Shown here: positions 27,626 through 36,800 of the stretch, piece after piece
Position numbering within the stretch: the first letter of the stretch is position 1
Layout of the letters: the number at the start of each line of letters is the position of its first letter
From: an uncultured Halobacteriales archaeon
Lineage (GTDB): Archaea > Thermoplasmatota > E2 > JACPAO01
Reading direction: 5' to 3'
DNA: 64,000 nucleotides
Assembly (NCBI GenBank): GCA_964408365.1
Contig: CAYOZB010000001.1
Location: 2,157-66,156, forward strand
The notes under the pieces: generated by a model
The model's input: only the letters and a program-made list of their open reading frames with translations
The model's database searches: none
Told to the model about the DNA's origin: nothing
Position numbers and translations under genes: made by a program

Positions 27626-28711
27626 ATGGGGGGAACTCAGCCAGTGGCCGCGCCCGCCAAGGGGCTCTCGTTGGAGACCCCCGAAGCGGCTCCAACCGAG
27701 GCGCTGCGCGTCGACCTCCCCCCGATGCGGAACGGGCACGGTCGTCGGATCGCGAGCCTGCCCGAACTGCGCGCCCTCACCGACCGATCGATCAGGTCGG
27801 TCGACTTGCACCTCGGGCCTCTTCGACGTGTCCCGACGAGTGTCTGGTTTCCCGAACTCCAACGCGCGTTGCGCCCAGCCGGGTTTGCCCACATCGTGCT
27901 CCAAAACGGGAGTGGTGGCGAAGTCCGTTCGATGATGCGCGAAGCGTCGCACTATTTCGACGCGGAACGCACGGGGTCGAGTTCGTTCCTAGTCACGCGA
28001 CGACCGACCTCGGCGACCGCGGACCACTTCGAAGAGCTCGCCGGACACTACTGGTCCCAGATCCCAGTCCACATCCAGGAACATTTCCTCAACCGCAAAC
28101 TCGCGCTCCTTGGCGAACTTGTGCAACCTCTGGAGGGAACCGTCGGCTTGGACCTGGGTTGCGGCGTGGGACGGTTTGCCGCCGAACTCCGTCGCCGATA
28201 CAATGCCAACGTCGTCGGCGTCGATCCGTCGCGAGCGGCCGTGCGGGAAGCGCGTGAGCACGACGCGTCGGGCCGGTTCGCGAGCGCGGACGCGTTGCGG
28301 CTGCCGTTTGGGGACGAATCGTTCCATTACGCGTACACGATCAATGTCCTTCACCACCTCAAGCGTGGCGAGCAGGAACGCGCGTTGGCGGAGTTGCATC
28401 GCGTCATCAAACCGGGCGGGGTCTTGATCGTGCATGAGATGAACATCCGGAACCCGTTGTTTGCGTGGTACCTGCGCAAACTGTACCCGAAGATCCGTCC
28501 GATCGACAAGGGCGACGAGGAGTTCATCCACCCCGATTCGTGGCCGCTTGCGCCGGGCTGGAAGCGGGAGACGACGCGGTACATGACCTTCGTGCCGGAT
28601 TTCCTTCCACGTGCGTTGCTTGCGCCCGCACGGAAGATCGAAACATTCTTGGAAAACGGCCGCGGCGCGCCGTACTCGGCCCATTACGTGGTCGCATTGC
28701 GCAAGTCGTGA
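27626..28711 (+). CDS. Class I SAM-dependent methyltransferase (start uncertain; catalytic core begins near 27932)
   Basis: Motif I GLDLGCGVGRFAAEL; acidic post-I VVGVDPS; motif IV-like VLIVHEMN. The first ~100 codons of the track ORF may be non-coding. Confidence 0.6.
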   Translation: MGGTQPVAAPAKGLSLETPEAAPTEALRVDLPPMRNGHGRRIASLPELRALTDRSIRSVDLHLGPLRRVPTSVWFPELQRALRPAGFAHIVLQNGSGGEVRSMMREASHYFDAERTGSSSFLVTRRPTSATADHFEELAGHYWSQIPVHIQEHFLNRKLALLGELVQPLEGTVGLDLGCGVGRFAAELRRRYNANVVGVDPSRAAVREAREHDASGRFASADALRLPFGDESFHYAYTINVLHHLKRGEQERALAELHRVIKPGGVLIVHEMNIRNPLFAWYLRKLYPKIRPIDKGDEEFIHPDSWPLAPGWKRETTRYMTFVPDFLPRALLAPARKIETFLENGRGAPYSAHYVVALRKS

Positions 28712-28715
28712 ACCA

Positions 28716-31700
28716 TCAGTCTGCTGCGGCGGAGGCGTTGATGGGCGTTGCGCGGAACGCGGACGGGAACGAAGCGTCGTGCTTCCATGTTTCATCCATG
28801 GCACACGTGCTTGGGACAGTGTTGCGCGCCAGATGAGGCACAAGAGGCGCTGTCAGGAGTTTCAAGCACGTGACATCCGTCGGGTGGGTGAGCACCCAGC
28901 CGCTGTCGGGCGCCCACGGTTTGATCCCGGTGAAGGCGATGTTCGCCGACGGGCAACGGTAGGCGAGCGGGTAGGACGATCCATTACGCTCCAAGACCGC
29001 GTATCCCGGTTCTTGTGGCTCGAGGCGCACGACGTCGCCTAGGTCGAGTTCATCGTCGTTGTCGGGCAGGACGGAGTGACCGAGGGACAATGCGTCGTTG
29101 GTCTGGCAGGATGCGGGGATGAGTTCGCGGATCGGCGCGGCGACTTCGCGACCCACCACGACGAGGGGAACGCCGGCGGCGACCCAGTCGAACAGCATGT
29201 TCCGGACCTCGGTCGACATGCTGCTTGCGTCGTAGGCGTCGCGTCCTCCGTCGATCACGACCATCGAGGGCGGTCCGCGTTCGCCAGGGGACGCGTCGAG
29301 GGCGTCGATGGCGACGACGCGGGCGTTGGTGTAGGCGCGGGCGACGGCTGCTGTGAGGCGGAGGCCCCAATCGTGGGGTCGGTCGGCTTCGGAGAAGGCG
29401 GGATGTGTGCGCGAGGAGCGTTCGTGGGTGATGACGACGATCTCGTCGGTCGGTGCGGGTGTCCGGTTGAGGATGTCGCGGTACGCCTTGGTGGCGAGCA
29501 TGAACTCGTCGCCGAATTCGAGGCTCGGTTCGATGCTGCTTCCTTCGAAGAATTCGTTGAAGGTGGCGACCAAGACGAGGTCGGGTCGGTGACGTAGCAC
29601 GGACTCCCACATGAGGTTGTACGTGGTGCCTTGGTCGGTGTAGGCGGGGATCTTGAAGCCGAAGGATCGGGTTGGGGCGAGGGGGTCTTCGGTCTGGAAG
29701 AATCCGGCGCGGTTGACCGTGTCGTCGTAGGCGGGGGCGATGCCGTACGAGGAGAACCGGTTGTCTCCCTCGGTGGCGGCGGTGAGCCAGATGTTGCGGT
29801 CTTCCCAGCTTTGGAAGATGTCGCCGTAGCTTCGTTCGAAGTTGCCGGTTCCGTCGCGCGGGTGATTGCCCCAGACGAAGGAGGGGCTGTAGATGAACGT
29901 CCCGTTGAAGGCGTCGTTGGCGACGAACCCCTTGACGATCCCGGCTTCGAAACCGGCGTGCTCGTTGAAGGCTTCACCGCTGATGAGGAAGAGCGGCCCC
30001 ATCGTTTCTTCGAGGTTCGCGCGGATCTGGTTCCAGAAGTCCCGGTGGAGATTGAGATGTGCAACGCGCCAGTAGGCGGATTGGTTGATCTGGGTGAAGC
30101 CGTGATATTGGGTGGACGGGGTGCGGTTGCCTTGGTAGAACGCCTGGGATGGGTTTCCCTGGAAGGTGGTGCCGGGCGTGGGGAAGTGGAGCAGGGCATC
30201 GTCGATGGTCGGTTCTAGGCCGGGGTTGTCGAAGGCGGTGCGAAGCGTCTCGATGGGGAAGGATTGGAGAAGGGTCTTCGCGAGGAGTCGCTTGGTCGGT
30301 TCGTCGTAACTGATCGCGGACACGTACGAATCGTAGAAGAAGACGACCGGGCGATCGTCGACGCGGTAGAGGGGCGCGGTGGGGCCAGTTAGGTCGGCGA
30401 GTTGCTTGACGAAGTCCTCGATGGCGATGCGCGTGCCGTTGTCGAGTCGGTAGGCGGCGTGGCCGACGGGTCGGCCGTCGGGTCCGAGGGCGTGTCGTTC
30501 GACTTGGTCGTAGATCTGGTTGAGTTCGATGAGGGGGGCGACGAGGAGTCCTTGCTCGGCGGCCTCTTCCATGAAGACGCGCATCCGTTCGTGTTCGCTG
30601 CTGTGGTAGCTCACGATGGCGACGTCGATGCCGCTCTCGAGCATCATGCGGACGTGGTCGCGGGCGACGCCGCGGGTGTTGGTGTAGTAGCCCATTTCAG
30701 GTGTTTGGCTGACCTTGAGCCAGTTTCCGTAGAGGATGGTCGGGTCGTGGGCGGGGTTGTGCCACCAGAGGTAGTAGAAGGCGGCGATGAGGGGTTCGTC
30801 GGCGGAGGGTTCGGGTCGGATGTCGGGGAGGTCCGGTGCGCCGACGGGGAGGATGGGGATCATGATGACGAGGAGGGTCGCGGCGGTTGCGTAGTAGCGG
30901 CTGTGCATTTCGCGTGACGTGGCGGGCGAGCGGACGGATAGGGCGGGAATCCAGCGTCGGGCGAACCGGTAGCTGAGGAACAGGTTGGCGCTGATGCCGA
31001 TGAGGAAGAGGACGGCGGCGACGTTGTCGGGCAGGGGGAAGATGCGTTCGCGCATCTGGCGCAATGCGGGGATGTGTTCCCGGATTTCTTCGGCGACCGC
31101 GTCGACGGGTTTGCCGAAGGTGGGGAGGGCGATGTCGGGGGGGATGAAGGTGAGGAAGTGCCAGCCGATGAATACGGTCACGCCGGCGAGGAAGGCGGGG
31201 ACGATCCTGGCGGCGCGGCGGGCGGTCTTGCTTTCGAGTTCTCCCAGTCCGAAGAGTAGCAGTAGCGGGGCGACGGCGAGGACCATGTATTGGTCGTTGA
31301 CGACGCGGTTCCAGAAGAGGATCTGGACGCTGGCGGCGAGGGTGATGAGGAGCGGGGCGGCGGGGGAGCGCACGCGGGGTGCAAGGAGTGCCAAAAGGAG
31401 CAGGCTGGCCGACATGAGGGCGAAGCTTGCGATCTCGATGCTTTCGGCGGAGGCGGCTTCGGCGGGGACGAGTCGCCAGATGCTGTGGCCTTGGACGGGG
31501 CGGGCGAGATGGAAGAGGACGATCTGTTGGAAGAATCCGCGGGGAGTGGCGATGAAGAACGGGAGGCACACGGCGAGGATGGTGGCGCACGCGGCGCCGA
31601 ACGCCCGACCGACGGGTCGCCAGCCGCGTTCGTAGAGGAAGAACGAAGCCAGCGGCAGGGCGAGGAGGATGGGGAAGGGTTTGATGAGCGTCGCGAGTCC

Positions 31701-32462
31701 GACGAACAGCCCGGCTTCGAGGGCCCGGCCTTGCTGGAACCGTAAGGCGCCGAAGAGGAAGAGGGCGATGAGGGCAGGATCCGTCATGCCCCAGACGGGT
31801 CCGATGATGATGAGGAAGGGGTTGAACAGCAGCAGGGTACGGACGCGTCGACCGACTTCGGGGGTCTTGCCGAGGTGTTTGGCCCAGGCTTCGCCGACGA
31901 AGGCGACGGCGAGCGTGCCGAGGACCATCGGGAGTTTGAGGAGGATCCGTTCGAGGAAGGGCGGGACGTCGAGGAGGATCTCGGGCATGTACGTGAATGC
32001 CATCGCCAAAAGCGGCAAGGGCGGGTAGGCGTACCATTGGGGGTGGGCGTCGTTGATGCCGAGGAACGTGTAGAACGGTTGGTCTTCGGCGACCGCGTAG
32101 GGGGTCTTGCCTTCCCAGAAGTCGCGGACGCTGTTCTCGAAGACGAACCCGTCCCAGTCGTGGATGAAGAGGGCGGCGAGGAGCACGTACATCGCGGCCG
32201 CGATGAGGTAGTGGGTTCGCCGCCGGACGGGGGAATCCGGTTCGGTGGGAGCGGGGTCTGGAACGTCGGTCGTAGTGGATTCCCTCGGGCCGGAACAAAC
32301 GGGCGGAACGTGGGGCCTATAAATTAGATTCCGGACGGACCACGGCCACGGTAGGGCGGCGGATACGTCAGGAAACGCCCCGGAGCCAGCGGAGGGCTCG
32401 CTGGTTCCAGGCGACCGTGTGCGTGGTGCCGGTGCGTCCGGCGATCGACGCCAGGTGGGCAA
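28716..32462 (-). CDS. Giant membrane protein: N-terminal polytopic GT-C-fold (PMT/ArnT/DUF2029-like) glycosyltransferase-like domain fused to a GH99-like (endo-alpha-mannosidase-like) domain and a ~250-aa C-terminal domain of unknown function
   Basis: About 12 TM helices at the N-terminus with loop motifs similar to GT-C enzymes. Middle: AAFYYLWWHNP...TPEMGYYTNTRGVARDHVRMMLESGIDVAIVSYHS ... LVLVATFNEFFEGSSIEP, matching the YYPWY...YdS.d...H...aGId...SW...SFNEWhEGTqIEP pattern of glycoside hydrolase family 99 (from memory). The true start is ambiguous: TTG at 32462 would overlap the upstream epimerase by about 95 nt, the next ATG is at 32192, and a TATA-like TTTATAGG lies in between (see findings). 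Confidence 0.6.
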   Translation of the reverse strand: MPTWRRSPDAPAPRTRSPGTSEPSAGSGAFPDVSAALPWPWSVRNLIYRPHVPPVCSGPRESTTTDVPDPAPTEPDSPVRRRTHYLIAAAMYVLLAALFIHDWDGFVFENSVRDFWEGKTPYAVAEDQPFYTFLGINDAHPQWYAYPPLPLLAMAFTYMPEILLDVPPFLERILLKLPMVLGTLAVAFVGEAWAKHLGKTPEVGRRVRTLLLFNPFLIIIGPVWGMTDPALIALFLFGALRFQQGRALEAGLFVGLATLIKPFPILLALPLASFFLYERGWRPVGRAFGAACATILAVCLPFFIATPRGFFQQIVLFHLARPVQGHSIWRLVPAEAASAESIEIASFALMSASLLLLALLAPRVRSPAAPLLITLAASVQILFWNRVVNDQYMVLAVAPLLLLFGLGELESKTARRAARIVPAFLAGVTVFIGWHFLTFIPPDIALPTFGKPVDAVAEEIREHIPALRQMRERIFPLPDNVAAVLFLIGISANLFLSYRFARRWIPALSVRSPATSREMHSRYYATAATLLVIMIPILPVGAPDLPDIRPEPSADEPLIAAFYYLWWHNPAHDPTILYGNWLKVSQTPEMGYYTNTRGVARDHVRMMLESGIDVAIVSYHSSEHERMRVFMEEAAEQGLLVAPLIELNQIYDQVERHALGPDGRPVGHAAYRLDNGTRIAIEDFVKQLADLTGPTAPLYRVDDRPVVFFYDSYVSAISYDEPTKRLLAKTLLQSFPIETLRTAFDNPGLEPTIDDALLHFPTPGTTFQGNPSQAFYQGNRTPSTQYHGFTQINQSAYWRVAHLNLHRDFWNQIRANLEETMGPLFLISGEAFNEHAGFEAGIVKGFVANDAFNGTFIYSPSFVWGNHPRDGTGNFERSYGDIFQSWEDRNIWLTAATEGDNRFSSYGIAPAYDDTVNRAGFFQTEDPLAPTRSFGFKIPAYTDQGTTYNLMWESVLRHRPDLVLVATFNEFFEGSSIEPSLEFGDEFMLATKAYRDILNRTPAPTDEIVVITHERSSRTHPAFSEADRPHDWGLRLTAAVARAYTNARVVAIDALDASPGERGPPSMVVIDGGRDAYDASSMSTEVRNMLFDWVAAGVPLVVVGREVAAPIRELIPASCQTNDALSLGHSVLPDNDDELDLGDVVRLEPQEPGYAVLERNGSSYPLAYRCPSANIAFTGIKPWAPDSGWVLTHPTDVTCLKLLTAPLVPHLARNTVPSTCAMDETWKHDASFPSAFRATPINASAAAD

Positions 32463-33390
32463 TGTACCAGTCGTAACTGTCGACCAGGGTCTCGCTGTTG
32501 GAGCGTCGGGGATGCCAGCCGAGCTTCGCTGTGGCTTTGGTGATCTCGACGTAGGATTCCCGGTCCATGGTACCGTAGTGCCAACGGGTCAAGGGGGACA
32601 GCCGGAGCTTGTCGAGCACGAACAAGGCGAACTTGCTGAGGCGGCGGGGCAGGGCCGTGACACGCGAAGCCGTGCCCGCGTGGTCGATCACGGTCTGAAG
32701 ATCCTGCTTGATGGAGGCAAAGCGGTCGGCGCCCAGGTTGAAGTCGTCGTTTCCGGCGCTCGTCTGCGCGGCGAGGATGATCCCGTCGACAAGGTCCTCG
32801 ACATCGAGGAGTTGGTAGCGGTTGTTTCCCTTGCCGATGGTGTAGATGCGTTTGCCGCGTCGGATCCAGTCGAACAGGATCTCGAACACGCCGAGTCGTC
32901 CGGGGCCGAGGAACGTCTTGCAACGCAAGATGCCCACGTGGAGCCCTTTCGCGCGGTACTCGCGGCACATTTCTTCACCGCGGACCTTCGAGGCACCGTA
33001 CGGTCCGATGGGGATCATGGGAGACGTCTCGAGGATCGGATGGTACTTGTGCAAACCATACACGGCAGTGCTGCTCGTGAACACGAACCCTTTCACGCGC
33101 GCCGCGACGGCGGCATCGAGCACGTTTCGCATGCCTTCGACGTTGACGGAGAAAATGAACTTGCGAGAACGGTGGATCGGAAGAGCCGCTGCTGCGTGGA
33201 CGACGTAGTCGGCTCCGGCGACGGCTCGTTCGACGGCCGCCTTGTCGCGGATGTCCACACGGACGTAGTCCACGCCCTCGACCACGAAGGCCGGTTCCGG
33301 ATCGACGATGTCGATGCTTTTGGCCTTCACGCCCGCCTTGACCATGCGCGTCAACACGGCGTGCCCGAGGAACCCGGCGCCGCCCGTCAT
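32368..33390 (-). CDS. NAD-dependent epimerase/dehydratase (UDP-sugar 4-epimerase-like, extended SDR)
   Basis: VMTGGAGFLGHAV Rossmann motif and YGASK catalytic Y-x3-K; about 340 aa. Start at M94 of the track ORF. Confidence 0.75.
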   Translation of the reverse strand: MTGGAGFLGHAVLTRMVKAGVKAKSIDIVDPEPAFVVEGVDYVRVDIRDKAAVERAVAGADYVVHAAAALPIHRSRKFIFSVNVEGMRNVLDAAVAARVKGFVFTSSTAVYGLHKYHPILETSPMIPIGPYGASKVRGEEMCREYRAKGLHVGILRCKTFLGPGRLGVFEILFDWIRRGKRIYTIGKGNNRYQLLDVEDLVDGIILAAQTSAGNDDFNLGADRFASIKQDLQTVIDHAGTASRVTALPRRLSKFALFVLDKLRLSPLTRWHYGTMDRESYVEITKATAKLGWHPRRSNSETLVDSYDWYIAHLASIAGRTGTTHTVAWNQRALRWLRGVS

Positions 33391-33539
33391 CACCCAGGTC
33401 GTGCCGTTTCGCGGGCTCGGCCGGGGGGTGTCGTTCTGCACGGTCTCGCGTACCGCAGGCTGCGGAAAAAGGCTGCTACGACGGAACCCGCGGCGGCCAG
33501 GGCAAACGTAAAGCGTTTGGGACGAGTGCCGCGCCGCGA

Positions 33540-35249
33540 ATGGGAACCGACAATCCAACGCCGGGGCCCGTTGCGCCGTCGCGGTCCGCGTGGATTTGGC
33601 GAATGGTTTTTGCGTCGCGACCGCTCGAACGTCGCGACCTCTGGATCGCCGCATCACTTTTCCTTGCATCGTTGGGATTGCTCGTGTCCGTCCGCGCTCG
33701 GACCCTCAACACCACGGACAGTTTCCTGTTCGCGCTGGCGACGGAGGATTATGACTTGACGCGCGCGCATCCCCACCCGCCCGGATACCCCGTCTTCATC
33801 GCATTGGCCCGCATCTTCCTGGTTTTCACACAGGAGGCGAACGCGGCGCTCGTGGGGGTCAGTGTGCTGTTCGGTGCCGTGTCGATCGCCCTGCTGTACC
33901 TGCTGGTTCGCGAGTTCGCATCGGTCGCCGCCGCTGCGCTTGCGGCCATTTTGTTCGCTGCGTCGCCGAACCTCCTATACAACGGGGCGCTGGCACTTTC
34001 GTACACGGCGGAAGGCGCAACCTCGATCGCCGTGGCTTGGGCGGCCGTCCGGACCCGTCAAGGTCGGTTCCCATTTTGGGCTCTTGGGGTGCTCTTCGCG
34101 GTGAGCCTCGGTCTGCGCCAATCCTCGTTGTTTTTCTTGACGCCGATCGTCCTTTGGACTCTTGTGGACCGACTCCGCGACCGGACCCGGCTTCGCCAAG
34201 CCATCCAAGGGCTCGCGTCGGGTGCGGTGCCGACGTTCCTCCTCTGGTTCGTCCCCATGTTGATGTTCGGAGGCGGGTTCCGCGTCTGGCTCGAGACGAC
34301 GCAACTGCAGAGTCGCGTCGTTGTCTTCGCGTACACGGTCTTCAACTCCGGGTGGCCGGCCGTCTTCGACAATGTGAGCCGTCTGCGGATCTTCACAGAG
34401 GCGGATTGGATCCTTGTTTGGGCCGCCGTACCCGTGCTTTTGCTGGCAGTGTTTTTGTCGCGAAGAAACACGGGCGGGGCCAGGATCTCACCAACCGTAA
34501 AGCAGGCGAGCACGGCGCTGTTGATCTGGGCCTTGCCGAGCCTGCTTTTTTACACATTCATTTTCAGCGGCTCCCACAACGGACCGCGCGGCTACATTCT
34601 CGTCGTTGAACCAGCGTTCTTTGCCGCGCTTGCGGTGCTCACTCAGTGGCTGTACGACGGAGTGGAAATTTCTTTCAAGCGGCCGAGGGCGAGCGTTTCG
34701 ATGGGGTCCGCGGTGCTGGTGTTGCTCTTGCTGTTGACGATCCCCTTCGGGACCGCCTCCGCCGCTCTGCTCAAGAAGGAAGTCCGAGACCACGACGTCT
34801 GGTCCGACGCATGGCTCGGTCTCAAACAGGAATACGCCCCCAACGAGACGGCCCTCTTCGCGAGCCACAGTTGGGGATTCGCAAAATGGTACTTTCCCGA
34901 ATACGTGGTCTGGAACTTCATGCCCGTGACACCAGACCCGGCGGGCACTCCTCTCCATTTCATCATGGAATCCCGCCATCACGTCGACGACGTCGCCCTC
35001 TACGACAGCTGGGTCCGCTCCGCCTGGAACACCGAACACCCCATCCCCCCCGGCATCCGCACCATCATCATCCTTGATTTCCAACTCGCCGGAGAGAACA
35101 ACGGCATCCGCGCGATCCGCCCCGAGATCAAGGTCGACGAAGCGCACCTGGCCTCCGGCTGGCGCCTGCTCGTCATGCATCCCGATCCGGAACACCCCAC
35201 CGTCGAATCGCTCGTCTACCTCGACGACCGGTCACCGCAACCAAGATAG
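33540..35249 (+). CDS. GT-C-fold membrane glycosyltransferase-like protein (PMT/ArnT-like first-loop acidic motif)
   Basis: About 11 TM helices. First loop TEDYDLTRAHPHPPGYPVF resembles the D-E ... HPPL loop of GT39/GT83 enzymes. Soluble C-terminal domain of about 150 aa. Confidence 0.55.
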   Translation: MGTDNPTPGPVAPSRSAWIWRMVFASRPLERRDLWIAASLFLASLGLLVSVRARTLNTTDSFLFALATEDYDLTRAHPHPPGYPVFIALARIFLVFTQEANAALVGVSVLFGAVSIALLYLLVREFASVAAAALAAILFAASPNLLYNGALALSYTAEGATSIAVAWAAVRTRQGRFPFWALGVLFAVSLGLRQSSLFFLTPIVLWTLVDRLRDRTRLRQAIQGLASGAVPTFLLWFVPMLMFGGGFRVWLETTQLQSRVVVFAYTVFNSGWPAVFDNVSRLRIFTEADWILVWAAVPVLLLAVFLSRRNTGGARISPTVKQASTALLIWALPSLLFYTFIFSGSHNGPRGYILVVEPAFFAALAVLTQWLYDGVEISFKRPRASVSMGSAVLVLLLLLTIPFGTASAALLKKEVRDHDVWSDAWLGLKQEYAPNETALFASHSWGFAKWYFPEYVVWNFMPVTPDPAGTPLHFIMESRHHVDDVALYDSWVRSAWNTEHPIPPGIRTIIILDFQLAGENNGIRAIRPEIKVDEAHLASGWRLLVMHPDPEHPTVESLVYLDDRSPQPR

Positions 35250-35261
35250 GAGCGGGTCACG

Positions 35262-36800
35262 GTGGCACGTTCGATGGAAGCCCGCGCACGGTTGTTGCAG
35301 TGGGCACCTTACTTGTTACTCACCCTCTTGGCGTTCGCGTTGAAGCTGCCATTCGCCGACATCCCCCCGTATGGCGACGAGGGCGCGTTCTACTACACTT
35401 CACGTGAACTCGATTCGTTTCCGCCCAATGTCCACGACCTGTACCTGCCCGCGGAGTCGGAACTTTCGCCCAACGTTCTCTACCGGCCGGTTCCCTTGTT
35501 CTGGTATCGACCGGTCCATTACCTCACGATGTGGCCCGCGGCACAGTTTGGGTTCGACGCATACCGAGTCGCTTCGATCGCATTGACGTCGACGATACCG
35601 GCGCTCGCCGCTTCCGTATTGGTGTCGTTCGGAACGCGACGCTCCTATGCGGTCGGCGCTGGCGTTGTCCTCGCGACGGTACCGTACTTTGTCGTCTGGG
35701 GCGTCCTCACACTGCCGGACACGCTGCTGACGATGTGGTTCCTCGCGGGCCTCCTCGCGTACCGGCTCGGACGTCCGTGGCTTATGGGCGCGGCCTTCCT
35801 CAGCGCGGCTTGGACGAAAGAGATCGCCGTGATCGGGATCGCCGCTCTCCTTGTCTTCACGGTTGCGACCCGGATCCGCTCGGGCGCGCCGCGAACGTGG
35901 CCGCTCGAGGTCTCGCGGCGCGAGTTCGTTCTCGCTCTATGCGTGCCCCTTGGCCTCGTGCCGATGATGATCGCGCTGTGGAAAGGCGGCGCACCTCCCG
36001 GCGGCGGAGGCGCCCCAGGCTGGGGTTGGTTGTTCGAGGGTTTGTTCGGCGTCGTCTGGCTGCTTCCCTTGGTGCTCCTGGCGCTTGTCTACCGCAACAC
36101 GCGGCTGCTCGCCGGTTTCGCCCTCGTGTACCCGGTGTTCTACGTGTTGTACGGGCAGATTTTGGGCCGCGCCGTGAACATCTGGTACCTCTACGTTCCC
36201 GCGACGCTGTCCATCGTGGCCGCCGCCGCAGCGTTGGACGCATGGACCTCCGCGGTCGATGGGACTCGTCACAAGCGGGTGCCAAAGGTCGTCGCCGCTA
36301 TCGTGGTCGCAATGTTCCTCGCAATGGCCCTCCTCCCGACCGGCGCCGCCAAGGGTGCTTTGATCCGGCCTTTCACCCGTGATCCCGCGGACAGTCTACG
36401 CGATGCGTTGCAATATGAGTCGGCGCGAGACGCCGATCTGCGCGACGCGTTGGCGGCGCTTCAACTGGGTCCGGGGCGGCGGGTGTTCGTGGTGGACCTG
36501 TATGGATCCTACGTGCTGCATCCCGTATCCACGTCGGGCGCCGAGGTGTGGTGGGGGGAAACCCGGACGGTGGAACTGTTTCACCAACGGTTGGATCCGT
36601 GGTCGGTGACCTTGGAGCAGCGTGCGACCCACACGTTGGTGTCGAAGAACGACAACGCCTTGAACCGCGCCGTGCGCGACGTGTACGCAGATTGTGTCAC
36701 ATTCGCGAGCGAACGGTTTGCCGTCATCGAAGGGTCAGGATGCCCAGATCGGAAGGACGTGTTGGCCAATCGGTACGCGGAGCTCACTGTTTCGGAGTGA
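35262..36800 (+). CDS. GT-C-fold membrane glycosyltransferase-like protein (second paralog)
   Basis: Polytopic. First loop PPYGDEGAFYY (DE motif). C-terminal soluble domain. Follows the previous gene by 12 nt. Confidence 0.5.
   Translation: MARSMEARARLLQWAPYLLLTLLAFALKLPFADIPPYGDEGAFYYTSRELDSFPPNVHDLYLPAESELSPNVLYRPVPLFWYRPVHYLTMWPAAQFGFDAYRVASIALTSTIPALAASVLVSFGTRRSYAVGAGVVLATVPYFVVWGVLTLPDTLLTMWFLAGLLAYRLGRPWLMGAAFLSAAWTKEIAVIGIAALLVFTVATRIRSGAPRTWPLEVSRREFVLALCVPLGLVPMMIALWKGGAPPGGGGAPGWGWLFEGLFGVVWLLPLVLLALVYRNTRLLAGFALVYPVFYVLYGQILGRAVNIWYLYVPATLSIVAAAAALDAWTSAVDGTRHKRVPKVVAAIVVAMFLAMALLPTGAAKGALIRPFTRDPADSLRDALQYESARDADLRDALAALQLGPGRRVFVVDLYGSYVLHPVSTSGAEVWWGETRTVELFHQRLDPWSVTLEQRATHTLVSKNDNALNRAVRDVYADCVTFASERFAVIEGSGCPDRKDVLANRYAELTVSE

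Noticed and set aside
27626-27931. First 102 codons of the methyltransferase ORF
   Set aside because: Not rejected outright but down-weighted: Pro/Arg/Ala-rich, and methyltransferase homology begins around M103. Kept inside the feature with a start-uncertainty note.
29255-32298. 314-aa and 533-aa minus-strand ORFs
   Set aside because: Same-strand alternative frames within the giant GT-C/GH99 gene; Pro/Thr/Arg/Ser-rich, not protein-like.
32419-33759. 446-aa plus-strand ORF
   Set aside because: Antisense to the epimerase; Arg/Gly-rich.
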